A DNA stretch of 29,070 nt from a virus: UHGV virus genome UHGV-1360357; one strand, given 5' to 3'. The number at the start of each line of letters is the position of its first letter. Position 1 is the first letter of the stretch. The translations under genes and the position numbers were made by a program. A model generated the notes under the pieces. The model saw nothing but the letters and a program-made list of their open reading frames with translations. It was not told the DNA's origin and ran no database searches. Shown here in pieces: positions 7,479 through 16,861 of the stretch.

Positions 7479-8526
7479 GCGCCGGGATTTACCCCCTAAC
7501 CTTTATATAAGAAACAATGGATATTACTGCTACAGGGACCCAAGGACGGGTAAAGAGTTTGGATTAGGCCGAGACAGGCGAATCGCAATCACTGAAGCTA
7601 TACAGGCCAACATTGAGTTATTTTCAGGACACAAACACAAGCCTCTGACAGCGAGAATCAACAGTGATAATTCCGTTACGTTACATTCATGGCTTGATCG
7701 CTACGAAAAAATCCTGGCCAGCAGAGTAATCAAGCAGAAGACACTCATAAATTACATGAGCAAAATTAAAGCAATAAGGAGGGGTCTGCCTGATGCTCCA
7801 CTTGAAGACATCACCACAAAAGAAATTGCGGCAATGCTCAATGGATACATAGACGAGGGCAAGGCGGCGTCAGCCAAGTTAATCAGATCAACACTGAGCG
7901 ATGCATTCCGAGAGGCAATAGCTGAAGGCCATATAACAACAAACCCTGTCGCTGCCACTCGCGCAGCAAAATCAGAGGTAAGGAGATCAAGACTTACGGC
8001 TGACGAATACCTGAAAATTTATCAAGCAGCAGAATCATCACCATGTTGGCTCAGACTTGCAATGGAACTGGCTGTTGTTACCGGGCAACGAGTTGGTGAT
8101 TTATGCGAAATGAAGTGGTCTGATATCGTAGATGGATATCTTTATGTCGAGCAAAGCAAAACAGGCGTAAAAATTGCCATCCCAACAGCATTGCATGTTG
8201 ATGCTCTCGGAATATCAATGAAGGAAACACTTGATAAATGCAAAGAGATTCTTGGCGGAGAAACCATAATTGCATCTACTCGTCGCGAACCGCTTTCATC
8301 CGGCACAGTATCAAGGTATTTTATGCGCGCACGAAAAGCATCAGGTCTTTCCTTCGAAGGGGATCCGCCTACCTTTCACGAGTTGCGCAGTTTGTCTGCA
8401 AGACTCTATGAGAAGCAGATAAGCGATAAGTTTGCTCAACATCTTCTCGGGCATAAGTCGGACACCATGGCATCACAGTATCGTGATGACAGAGGCAGGG
8501 AGTGGGACAAAATTGAAATCAAATAA
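7456..8526 (+). CDS. int: tyrosine integrase Int (lambda-type)
   Basis: 356 aa; N-terminal arm-binding domain MGRRRSHERRDLPPNLYIRNNGYYCYRDPRTGKEFGLGRDRR, catalytic region with the conserved R...H-x-x-R...Y residues (HELRSLSARL, LLGHKSDTMASQY); recognised as lambda Int. Confidence 0.95.
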   Translation: MGRRRSHERRDLPPNLYIRNNGYYCYRDPRTGKEFGLGRDRRIAITEAIQANIELFSGHKHKPLTARINSDNSVTLHSWLDRYEKILASRVIKQKTLINYMSKIKAIRRGLPDAPLEDITTKEIAAMLNGYIDEGKAASAKLIRSTLSDAFREAIAEGHITTNPVAATRAAKSEVRRSRLTADEYLKIYQAAESSPCWLRLAMELAVVTGQRVGDLCEMKWSDIVDGYLYVEQSKTGVKIAIPTALHVDALGISMKETLDKCKEILGGETIIASTRREPLSSGTVSRYFMRARKASGLSFEGDPPTFHELRSLSARLYEKQISDKFAQHLLGHKSDTMASQYRDDRGREWDKIEIK

Positions 8527-8529
8527 TGA

Positions 8530-8760
8530 TTTTATTTTGACTGATAGTGACCTGTTCGTTGCAACAAATTGATAAGCAATGCTTTTTTATAATGCCAACT
8601 TAGTATAAAAAAGTTGAATGTGAAACGGTAAAAACAATTAATATCAACAGCTTATAATTGATTCAGTCTAAAAAATAGACTGCATAATGCTACAAAACAC
8701 AACATATCCAGTCACTATGAATCAACCACTTAGATGGTATTAGTGACCTGTAACAGAGCA
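8530..8760. other. attP attachment site (P' arm - core - P arm), lambda-type
   Basis: Core TTAGTATAAAAAAG at 8600-8613 (reverse complement of the lambda common core GCTTTTTTATACTAA, one mismatch at the edge); arm-type Int sites containing GTCACTAT on both sides (8539-8554 tandem, 8706-8715, 8741-8750). Both arms look phage-derived. Confidence 0.8.
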
Positions 8761-8802
8761 TTAGCGCAAGGTGATTTTTTTGTCTTCTTGCGCTAATTTT
8801 TT
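8761..8802 (+). terminator. sib / tI retroregulation hairpin and terminator
   Basis: TTAGCGCAAG ... CTTGCGCTAA 10-bp stem followed by TTTTTT, matching the lambda sib/tI sequence as remembered; lies distal to attP relative to int. Confidence 0.75.
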
Positions 8803-8989
8803 GTCAACACACTGGGTTAGCTGAATTTACAACCACGCTCAGTATCTCGATAAGCGCAGAGAAATGATGCAGTGGTGGGCGGACTGGCTTGATGAAAAGG
8901 TTGAGTGAACGACATTATGAACAACAGGAGAACACACAAAACCTCGCAAAAATTACAAAGATTTGTGTGTTAGTACTTATCATTGCGAT

Positions 8990-10936
8990 TTAAAGAATAA
9001 TTCTTTCAACCTTCCAAGTTGCAGATCTACTTCCTGAAATTCCAACTCCATTTGAATCTTTGAGAAGAATTCTAAATGATGTTTCTGTTACCAAATCATA
9101 CGTTGCATTTATTGCTGCGCCATCTCCTATCGATATTGAGATAAAATCAGGCACAACTCCAAGTCCGTGAGTTATTATTTGTCCATTTGAATAAACCCCA
9201 GTTCCTATTTTAGTCGTTGCATACCCGGCATTGTTTGCAAGGACAACATTAACCGAATTTGCTCCTAATTTAGCAATCTTCCTATCAGATGAAATCTCTG
9301 TAGATTGTATTGCATTATTTGAAATAACTGCATCTTTTATAGCCCTGAAATCTCCAGGTGTTCCTGATACAGCATTAACAAGTATTGCATACTGCATACT
9401 TCTATCACTTCTTTTATTGCCGAAAGCATTACCGCAAATTGTTGTCCCGGTAAATCCAGATGCTCCCGTGTTATCAAGAAGAATTCCGCACCTATATGTA
9501 TTTGATGTATCAGAAGGCAAACCTATACCTCTTATGGAATTATTGGATACTATATTATTATCTGGCTTGACATTTGCATTATTGCAGTAAATGCGAATTC
9601 CAACATCACAAAATGCATCTAATACATTATCAGATATAACATTACCCGCTCCCCACACATCAATACCCATAAACGAATCAGCACCATCTCCAAAAAATTT
9701 ATTTTGAGTAACTATTGTTCCGCTACCCCTAATCAATATAGCAGGCCTTGGAATGCTTGAAGTCTTTTTGCTATCATTGTAGCCATGATTATCGTTTATA
9801 TGAGATTCCCCCCCCGCACTATCTATGCAGCAATTACACGAATCTATTATATTTTTATTTATCCTTACATAGACAGAATCGTGTTTTATACCTGTAATAA
9901 AATTTGATATGGAATTTGATACAAAACTAGTTGCCTTACATGGCAATGAAACGCCATGTATAGCGTCCTTAGACGCTCCTATGGCAACAAAATGTATCCC
10001 TGTAACAATTGCTGGGTTCTCATTAGATGATGTGTCACCTATGGTAATAGCAAAAGAATTCTCATCTTCAGGACCATCAATTGTTAATATCGTTTGTGGC
10101 GTATATCCTTGAGATATTTGCGATCCATTTCCTGAACCAAACCCTCTCATACTTACAAAAGATGGGATTCTTAGTTTTTCTGTTACTCTACAGTTGCCCC
10201 CCCAAAAAAATTCCTCTTTAACATGGGCAGCGGCCAGCATGATTGGAATTGTATCATCTTTAACTCCATCAAGCGTCGCTCCATAATTTCTAAGGTCATT
10301 GGTTTCATACCCATTTAAATAACCAATACATCTCCATCCTGTTGAGGTATATCTGGCAAATTTATCATCTGGGGGAACAGTAAAAGGAGGAACTGTCATT
10401 TCTCCTCCAGTTATTTCATTTTCATATACCCAAAACAACCCATCATAATCTTTGATTGCGCATCGGTTGTCTCGAATGATATTTTGCTTGTCATAGTTCC
10501 CACAATATGAAAAACCAGTTGCTAATTTCTGTAGATTTGTTCCTGATGCTGAGTTTATTAATGATGCGCCATTTTCGCTAGTTAATACATTATTTAGAGG
10601 GTCAGGATCATACTTCAGCACATTAGGAAAATAGAACTGCTGCGCACCGTACGCATCATAAACAGCCATAGAATGGCCTTGCACGGTTACGAATTTGGCA
10701 ATCTGTCCGTTATATGCAGGATACCCGCCAGCGTTAATGATGATTGGCTGTGCAACAGGAACGTGAGAACCGTCTTCATTCTCTACATAAACCTGAATCT
10801 GGTTTTCAGGATTTACCGGGTCAGTGTCAATTTTTCCGATATAAATTTTGCCATTGGCAACCGCTTTAAAAGAACGCGCCATAGTGAAGAGTTGCGAAGG
10901 CATGCTTACCACAACATTTGCGGTGATATCTGTCAT
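8990..10936 (-). CDS. tailspike protein (P22 gp9 family; conserved head-binding domain, divergent receptor-binding beta-helix)
   Basis: 648 aa; first ~115 residues ([58 protein letters not shown]...) match the P22/HK620-type tailspike head-binding domain; the rest is Asn/Gly/Ser-rich with beta-helix-like repeats but unrelated to the P22 endorhamnosidase domain. Confidence 0.9.
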   Translation of the reverse strand: MTDITANVVVSMPSQLFTMARSFKAVANGKIYIGKIDTDPVNPENQIQVYVENEDGSHVPVAQPIIINAGGYPAYNGQIAKFVTVQGHSMAVYDAYGAQQFYFPNVLKYDPDPLNNVLTSENGASLINSASGTNLQKLATGFSYCGNYDKQNIIRDNRCAIKDYDGLFWVYENEITGGEMTVPPFTVPPDDKFARYTSTGWRCIGYLNGYETNDLRNYGATLDGVKDDTIPIMLAAAHVKEEFFWGGNCRVTEKLRIPSFVSMRGFGSGNGSQISQGYTPQTILTIDGPEDENSFAITIGDTSSNENPAIVTGIHFVAIGASKDAIHGVSLPCKATSFVSNSISNFITGIKHDSVYVRINKNIIDSCNCCIDSAGGESHINDNHGYNDSKKTSSIPRPAILIRGSGTIVTQNKFFGDGADSFMGIDVWGAGNVISDNVLDAFCDVGIRIYCNNANVKPDNNIVSNNSIRGIGLPSDTSNTYRCGILLDNTGASGFTGTTICGNAFGNKRSDRSMQYAILVNAVSGTPGDFRAIKDAVISNNAIQSTEISSDRKIAKLGANSVNVVLANNAGYATTKIGTGVYSNGQIITHGLGVVPDFISISIGDGAAINATYDLVTETSFRILLKDSNGVGISGSRSATWKVERIIL

Positions 10937-10993
10937 TTAATTTGCTCCAGATACAAGGAATCGCCGCAGCATGGCTACGGTGAATTTTGGGCA

Positions 10994-11020
10994 TAAAAAA
11001 ACCCAGCCGAAGCTGGGTCG
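10994..11020 (-). terminator. intrinsic terminator downstream of ant
   Basis: On the - strand CCCAGC-ttcg-GCTGGG followed by TTTTTTTAT, between the ant stop and the tailspike RBS. Confidence 0.6.
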
Positions 11021-11036
11021 TTGCGTTGGTTATCTG

Positions 11037-11993
11037 TCAGTAGTTATGTACTGAAGGAGGTAATTCTTTATTCTTAAGTCTCATCCATGCGGAAAGATTC
11101 GTTGGTCCGTCTGGCTCATTGATATCAACATCTCGTGTGTGATTGATTAAAACGTCTCTCGCCATATCGATAATACGGGAGAACTCATAACCGCAGTCAT
11201 GACATCTGCCGGAATAGTTCGATTGAATTTGTTTTAGCGCCGGATACAATTCGCGGAATAATGCCTGTGAGCGGTTGGCATAATCCCATAACCATACAAG
11301 GCTGTTTGCTTCTTTTGCAGAAAGCTCGTCGGTTTTCTTCTCTTGTTTGCCGATAAATTCACCTTCAAGCACTACCCTGTGGATGTACTCTACGGCCAGC
11401 GGGATTTGTTCAATTGAAAGTTCATCAATGCTGTCAATGCCAAAACGCTGATGAACCATATTGTATGCATCGTCATAGCGAAGTCCTTTCTTTCCTACCA
11501 GCATGTTTACTGCATCGCGTAGCGGTGTGCGTTCAGCTACTGAAGTTTTACCGCCAATAGCCTTCCTCTCTTGTGTGGCAGTAACTATTGCGTCATATGC
11601 GCGGATAACCTTCAGCGCAAATGCTGCGCTAATCCACATGGCGTAGGAGTAAACAAGCTCCTTGCACACGTATGTTCCACCATATCTACCTTTCTTAGAA
11701 ATGACGGGATTCTTATTCTGCATATCCGCAGAATTAAAAATTTCATTAATCAATTCAATAGTTTCATTTCTACGCATGAAGAAAGCTGGCTGATGTTTTT
11801 CCTCCTTTCCAGACGCTACATGAAGGTCATTAAGCGAGTAACGACCCTCTGAATCCATATGAATCTTGACGTCAGAAATGATGATGCTATTAGTGCAATT
11901 TACAGTTGACTTTGCTAAGCTTGACATATCAATAATACCTCGTAAGTTTTGTTGATACCGAAGCCCTGACTGTTCCCGCAGTTGGGGCTTCAC
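11037..11993 (-). CDS. ant: KilA-N domain antirepressor-like protein at the ant position
   Basis: 318 aa; N-terminal KilA-N-like motif (...[13 protein letters not shown] ... [23 protein letters not shown]); located downstream of arc and upstream of the tailspike as P22 ant is; the symbol is by position, orthology to P22 Ant unverified. Confidence 0.6.
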   Translation of the reverse strand: MKPQLREQSGLRYQQNLRGIIDMSSLAKSTVNCTNSIIISDVKIHMDSEGRYSLNDLHVASGKEEKHQPAFFMRRNETIELINEIFNSADMQNKNPVISKKGRYGGTYVCKELVYSYAMWISAAFALKVIRAYDAIVTATQERKAIGGKTSVAERTPLRDAVNMLVGKKGLRYDDAYNMVHQRFGIDSIDELSIEQIPLAVEYIHRVVLEGEFIGKQEKKTDELSAKEANSLVWLWDYANRSQALFRELYPALKQIQSNYSGRCHDCGYEFSRIIDMARDVLINHTRDVDINEPDGPTNLSAWMRLKNKELPPSVHNY

Positions 11994-12211
11994 TGTTTTT
12001 GTAAGTCACTGTAGCTATAAAGCCACTGACCACTCATTTTTGATTTGATTGACTCTACTGAGTCACGGCAAGGAATGATTCCGCCTGACATCATTCTGAT
12101 CTCCGTAAATTCACCACTCCTTATCGATTCAATGCCATCAATGTTAACTAAAGATTTACCTCTACCAAGTGCATTCTCATAGCCAATCTCATCAACCTCA
12201 ATAAATCTCAT
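11990..12211 (-). CDS. hypothetical protein (73 aa) inserted between arc and ant
   Basis: ATGA overlaps at both ends (with the arc stop and the ant start) indicate translational coupling; no recognisable domain. Confidence 0.5.
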   Translation of the reverse strand: MRFIEVDEIGYENALGRGKSLVNIDGIESIRSGEFTEIRMMSGGIIPCRDSVESIKSKMSGQWLYSYSDLQKQ

Positions 12212-12348
12212 ACCGTTATCCCCTCTCTCTTCAAGCTGTCCATCACCCGTTTAATTACTTCTGCGCTAAATGAGCGACACTCTTCCTTTGCTTTTTCTTC
12301 AAGAATTTTTTCTAGCTTCTCTGGCATACGCAGTGTTTTTACCTTCAT
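12208..12348 (-). CDS. arc: Arc-like ribbon-helix-helix repressor (46 aa)
   Basis: Found by hand (below the 60-aa track cutoff): [46 protein letters not shown], aligning with P22 Arc (...FNLRWPREVLDLVRKVAEENGRSVNSEIYQRVMESFKKEGRIGA); GGAGG RBS. Confidence 0.7.
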   Translation of the reverse strand: MKVKTLRMPEKLEKILEEKAKEECRSFSAEVIKRVMDSLKREGITV

Positions 12349-12453
12349 TGCATCCTCCGTTGTATGTGGTACGCATACATAGTATTTAGGTACGCATTGA
12401 TAGTCAATAGATACCTACATATCCTGTGGTAAAAAATTATTCAGGATGCGCCT
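12349..12453. promoter_or_regulatory. divergent Pant/Pmnt-type promoter-operator region
   Basis: 105-bp intergenic region between divergent arc and mnt; inverted repeat TGTATG-N7-CATACA (12361-12379), direct repeats GGTACGCAT spaced 21 bp (12368, 12389), inverted repeat ATCCTG-N14-CAGGAT (12421-12446) overlapping the mnt RBS. Confidence 0.5.
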
Positions 12454-12705
12454 ATGTCTGATCGTAAGTACAAAAACCCTCAAGTGAATCTGAGGCTTCC
12501 TGTAGAGATAAAGGAACGTCTTATTGAACTGGCTGAGGCTAATTCTCGTTCATTAAATGCTGAGATGGTAGCAGCACTTGAGGCATGGACTGAAAAAAAT
12601 AAACATATTCAAGCACTAGATCTTGCAACTATAGCATCGCGGTTGATAGAGCTTGAGCATGAGGTTGAGAAGTTAAAATCTATACATGGCAACAGTGAAA
12701 AATGA
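12454..12705 (+). CDS. mnt: Mnt-like ribbon-helix-helix repressor
   Basis: 83 aa; PQVNLRLPVEIKERLIELAEANSRSLNAEMVAALEAW aligns with P22 Mnt (PHFNFRMPMEVREKLKFRAEANGRSMNSELLQIVQDAL); divergent from arc as in P22 immI. Confidence 0.75.
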   Translation: MSDRKYKNPQVNLRLPVEIKERLIELAEANSRSLNAEMVAALEAWTEKNKHIQALDLATIASRLIELEHEVEKLKSIHGNSEK

Positions 12706-13016
12706 AACGTATCGCTATTTTGTTAATATTGTTCTTCTCTACAATAGTTTTCGCCAAACCAAAATCAGATAATGGCGATCTTAAAGGCCTGCAAGAACTC
12801 ATGATAACTTCGAAATTTGCTGGCATGTGCGGCACAATCAAACAAATGGCAACATTTCAAGAATCAACAAAAATGCCTGGCGGAGATGAGTTCTTACAGC
12901 GTTTTCTGACCACAGAGCAAGCAAGACTAGGAATGAATCCACAGGAATTTCTTGAAGCATGCCAGAAGTCAATTTCAGCTTATACCAATTATTACAATCT
13001 AACTTCTGATAAATAA
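12702..13016 (+). CDS. secreted (signal-peptide) protein, 104 aa, unknown function
   Basis: ATGA-coupled to mnt; N-terminal signal peptide MKRIAILLILFFSTIVFA with an AxA-like cleavage site; mature part contains two Cys. Confidence 0.65.
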   Translation: MKRIAILLILFFSTIVFAKPKSDNGDLKGLQELMITSKFAGMCGTIKQMATFQESTKMPGGDEFLQRFLTTEQARLGMNPQEFLEACQKSISAYTNYYNLTSDK

Positions 13017-13041
13017 TAGAAAGGATTTTATAAATAACTTT

Positions 13042-13527
13042 ATGAAAAAATCACTATTAATTGTCCCGCTTCTGCTGGCTGGATGCGCAAAAGTAAGTGA
13101 CTACCAAGCAAGTTGCGAACAACGCTATCCAAAGCTTAGTGATATGGCTAATTGCCTTGATGCCAGCGTGAAGAACGACTCACGCATGGCATCAGCACCA
13201 ACACCTAAGCTGTATGTCCTTGCTGCGAAGATGCTCGGGCAAGGTGTCGATCAAGGCAAGATAAGTGACGCACAGGCAAGACTTGAGCTTCAGAATCTTT
13301 ATGTTCAATTACAAAGCCAAGAACAAGCCCAACAAATAGCACAAAGCCAAGCATTCCAGCAGGCTTTATTGAATTATCAGGCTGTAAACACAATGCAAGC
13401 GATCGAGCAAAAAGCGCGCCAGCCTGTTATAACTCAACCTTACCCAACACGCGTTGACACATATACAAACTGCAATTCAGGTTTTGGAAACACGGTAACA
13501 TGCAACAGTAGCAGTAATATCAGGTAG
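13042..13527 (+). CDS. lipoprotein (lipobox LLAGC, +2 Ala), 161 aa, Gln-rich
   Basis: MKKSLLIVPLLLAGC lipoprotein signal; residue after the Cys is Ala (not Asp), consistent with outer-membrane sorting; Gln-rich helical middle, Cys/Asn-rich C-terminus. The RBS is weak or distant. Confidence 0.65.
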   Translation: MKKSLLIVPLLLAGCAKVSDYQASCEQRYPKLSDMANCLDASVKNDSRMASAPTPKLYVLAAKMLGQGVDQGKISDAQARLELQNLYVQLQSQEQAQQIAQSQAFQQALLNYQAVNTMQAIEQKARQPVITQPYPTRVDTYTNCNSGFGNTVTCNSSSNIR

Positions 13528-13541
13528 TTATATCTTATCTT

Positions 13542-15389
13542 TTATTGCTGTTCTGCTGTAATTTGGCTTGAAAGTATAGGGCGTATCGCATTTGCAGCAT
13601 TATTTAGCGCTCTTTCATAGGCTGGTGTTCCTGCTTTGGTGTTTGCCAAACGTAAGAGAGCATTCCTTGCTGCTTTGGACTCATACAAGCGCATCATTGC
13701 ACCGAAACCAGCCTCAAGCCCCATTGATACGCCAAGAGTCGCAGTTGCGCCAATCGTCCTTATCCTGTTGGCTTGCGATTGCCCCGTCTGAGTTACTACA
13801 TTTGCGGTGTCTGACCTTGCTGTTTGCTGCAGAACTTCATGAAGAGCATCAAGTTCTTTCATGTGCTTTCCAGAAAAAATAGTGTTGTAAATTTCACCGC
13901 CTGACTGAGATTTCAGCTTATTAACTTCAGTGATGAACTTGGCTGGAGAGTCACCGGCCTTTTCCGCTATTTTGCTGACGTAAGCTGCACGCATAGCATC
14001 TTTCCCTTTATCATCCAGTGCGCTCCAGATTCGTTTCACGTCAGATGGTTTTCTGCTTAATACAACGGTATTTATAAGTTCAGGACTGGCTTCACTGCTT
14101 GCCTTGTTGAGTTTGTTAGCAATGTTTTTATTAAGCACCTTATTATAAACGTTTGCATAATCGGAATTTGCTTTAAGGTATTTTGCTGCGTCTGATGCAC
14201 CGAGGTTTTTAGCAACTGCGTTACGAAGGTCTTTTGACATTGCATTCTCTACCATATTGGTAGCTGCTTTTGCCTGGTTGGGGAAGACCATAGCATCTCC
14301 CTGAACATTAGATCTAAATGCTGTTCTGTGCTGACGCAAGAGATCAAACGTAACATCCAAATCAGTTGCAGGGTTTGCTAATTCTTCACGTAGGTTACGC
14401 AAGGATGTAAGCAGGCTTTGATTGGCAGACGTCCCAAGTCGTTCCTGTCTTGCGATCGCTGTATTCAGAGCATTCATGGTATTTGTGGTATCAACTGCGG
14501 CATTACCCATTTTATTGGTGACGTCATTGATAACAGCGCCAGCGGCATCCTTCCTCCCCCTTAACGTGGTGGTCAGAGATTTCACCACATCATCAGGGTT
14601 GTACTCACCAAAACGGTCAAAATAATTACTTACCAGCTTACTACGCGTTGCATATTGCTCCGCTCGCTTTGAGCCTGTCCCGAGCAAAGCCCCCTCGGCA
14701 TCCTGAGTAAGGCCGCGAGTGAAAGCATTTTTCGGCGGGATAACATCAGATGTCATTGGTGTCACGCCCATCGATTCTGATGTGGCAATTTTCTTCGCCA
14801 CTTCTGGCGCAATATCACCTTTTATAGCCGTTATTCCACGCCCTATTCCCTTTGCTGCGGCGGAAAGAACACCCTGAGCGGCAAGGTTAACTCCGGCATT
14901 TTTAGCTGCATTTTGTGCGAAATCGCCTTTCTGATTTGCGGCCTCTGCCAGTGATCCAATAGCCATGCTTCCTGCCGTTCCAACTCCTGGAACTAAATAC
15001 CCACCAATTGTTTCACCGGCTTGTGCGTAGGGGTCTGTCGGTCTGTCTACTGGACGATAAACATCATCCAAAACCTTGGGTCCACCAAGCCCCTGACTGA
15101 TTGCATTAATCAGACTTGCGCCACCCTGCAATACGTCAAATGGTATGTTTACCAGACCACGACCAGCCTGTTCTGCAATTTGCCCTGCACTTTGACCACC
15201 AGTGAGCCAATCGCCAGCTTGTTGCATCAATGATGGTTCTTCCCGTGTTGGTGCATTATTGTCCTGATTAACTGTTTGTTGCTGAACAGCCTGACCAGCA
15301 AAATACTCATCAATGGCGGCCCCAATATCTTCCGTGCTCGTACCATCAGGGAAGGTAAATGTCTTACCGTTTGCAGTTACTTTCATCAT
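13542..15389 (-). CDS. ejection (injection) protein, P22 gp16 homolog
   Basis: 615 aa; N-terminus (M)[32 protein letters not shown]; size and position match P22 gp16. Confidence 0.8.
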   Translation of the reverse strand: MMKVTANGKTFTFPDGTSTEDIGAAIDEYFAGQAVQQQTVNQDNNAPTREEPSLMQQAGDWLTGGQSAGQIAEQAGRGLVNIPFDVLQGGASLINAISQGLGGPKVLDDVYRPVDRPTDPYAQAGETIGGYLVPGVGTAGSMAIGSLAEAANQKGDFAQNAAKNAGVNLAAQGVLSAAAKGIGRGITAIKGDIAPEVAKKIATSESMGVTPMTSDVIPPKNAFTRGLTQDAEGALLGTGSKRAEQYATRSKLVSNYFDRFGEYNPDDVVKSLTTTLRGRKDAAGAVINDVTNKMGNAAVDTTNTMNALNTAIARQERLGTSANQSLLTSLRNLREELANPATDLDVTFDLLRQHRTAFRSNVQGDAMVFPNQAKAATNMVENAMSKDLRNAVAKNLGASDAAKYLKANSDYANVYNKVLNKNIANKLNKASSEASPELINTVVLSRKPSDVKRIWSALDDKGKDAMRAAYVSKIAEKAGDSPAKFITEVNKLKSQSGGEIYNTIFSGKHMKELDALHEVLQQTARSDTANVVTQTGQSQANRIRTIGATATLGVSMGLEAGFGAMMRLYESKAARNALLRLANTKAGTPAYERALNNAANAIRPILSSQITAEQQ

Positions 15390-16852
15390 TCCACCGTAAA
15401 TTGAATGCCTGATTTTGAGGTATATGATCCGGATTGACTCTGCTGCTGTTGGGTATTTGTCGGTTGTTGGCTATTGCTCTGTTGTTGACTATTTGCAGCA
15501 CTTGAAACCACCAAAGCATCATAAACGCGACCAGACTGACCACGTAATGAGTTATATTGGCCCTGCATTTTTCGCATTTTTGTTTCAGTAGCAGCCTTGG
15601 AATCACCGGGCTGAGGCAGGTACATTTTGGAATACTCCTGCATCTCTGGCAGAGTAATTGCTGCACCTGTTTCTGGGCGCAAAATTGCATACAAGGCGTC
15701 TCTCGCATTTACCATATATTGCTGCTCCGCTGGTGATAGGCTTAAATTTGCAATAGTCCCATCACCAAGAGAGCGATTTATTAATGCAACTCGCTTAGGG
15801 TCAATGCTTTTACTAAGCTGATTCATTGAGTCCATTGAATCTTTTAATCGCAAAGCAAATCCTGCCGCCTTCTTGGAACCCTCATTAGCCTTATCTATGA
15901 TGCTTTGCGCTTGTGGCAAGCTAATTGGTTTAATGCCATCACCAGATATAGGTTGGTTTAGTTTTCCTGCTTCCTCGCTGCCATCGGTGTAATACTTAGT
16001 TACCGAGCCATCAGGATTGGTTTCAACCTTAAGTAATTTCTTAGCATTGGGATTAATTCCCGCCGCTGCCGCAAATGCCGCTGCACCATCTGGATCCGCC
16101 TTTAACATTTGCGCGTACTGATTGTAATTCTGCATTGCGGCTGTTGGTGCATATGCTGACGTTAACGCATTTGCTCGGCTAATATCCTGCCCTCTCGCCT
16201 GAAGTGCTTCGCTGGCCTGATTGCTGCGGATTGTCTCTGCCAGCCTGCCTCGGTCAATTTCACGACCAGCCATCTTGTCCTGAACATTGAAGTAATCAAT
16301 CGGACCAAGCGCAGCCATCCCAAGATGATCAACAAACTCACCAAATCCTGAAGGATTCTGCTGATACATCTGAGCAACGCTGTTAGGGTCAACACCGACG
16401 CGAGTCAGTTCCTTGGCGTTGTTTTGCAGCCATGATTGCATTGCTTCTGGAGACGATGACGCAAGGCGTGCGCCAGCCGCTAAGGTGCCGATAGAATTAC
16501 GCTGGTCTTCATCAATGAATCCCATGCCTTTACGAACGGATTCAATCTGGTCTGGATATTGAGTAGCCAACTGACGCAAAGCACCGCGATCACCAGACGC
16601 ATAAGCATTAGCGTATGCCTGCTGAAATTCTTTCTGCCGCTGAGCCTGCTTTTCCTGCTGAAACACCCCCGCAATACCTGAAAGGCCTTGCAAAGCAGTC
16701 AGCCCAACATTGTTAGCGCCTGAACGCTCAATATCATTGTTCTTCCTGATAAGCTGAAGCGTATTGCCGATGTCATTTACGCTCGGAGCGTTTGAGTTGA
16801 CGCCGCCGATACCAGCCAACAATCCGCCGTTTGTTCCTTGCCAAGTAGCCAT
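15386..16852 (-). CDS. ejection protein, P22 gp20 homolog
   Basis: 488 aa; Gln/Ala-rich; position between the gp7 and gp16 homologs; ATGA coupling to gp16. Confidence 0.8.
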   Translation of the reverse strand: MATWQGTNGGLLAGIGGVNSNAPSVNDIGNTLQLIRKNNDIERSGANNVGLTALQGLSGIAGVFQQEKQAQRQKEFQQAYANAYASGDRGALRQLATQYPDQIESVRKGMGFIDEDQRNSIGTLAAGARLASSSPEAMQSWLQNNAKELTRVGVDPNSVAQMYQQNPSGFGEFVDHLGMAALGPIDYFNVQDKMAGREIDRGRLAETIRSNQASEALQARGQDISRANALTSAYAPTAAMQNYNQYAQMLKADPDGAAAFAAAAGINPNAKKLLKVETNPDGSVTKYYTDGSEEAGKLNQPISGDGIKPISLPQAQSIIDKANEGSKKAAGFALRLKDSMDSMNQLSKSIDPKRVALINRSLGDGTIANLSLSPAEQQYMVNARDALYAILRPETGAAITLPEMQEYSKMYLPQPGDSKAATETKMRKMQGQYNSLRGQSGRVYDALVVSSAANSQQQSNSQQPTNTQQQQSQSGSYTSKSGIQFTVE

Positions 16853-16861
16853 GATTACCCC

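Noticed and set aside
8530-8760. Possibility that the att site is a prophage attL or attR junction with host DNA
   Set aside because: Sequences on both sides of the core carry phage arm-type Int sites and the flanking genes are phage genes (int on one side, sib and tailspike on the other), so this is attP rather than a host-phage junction.
9231-9590. + strand ORFs inside the tailspike gene (9231-9590, 9909-10112, 10673-10996)
   Set aside because: Antisense to the tailspike coding sequence; no RBS; rejected as spurious.
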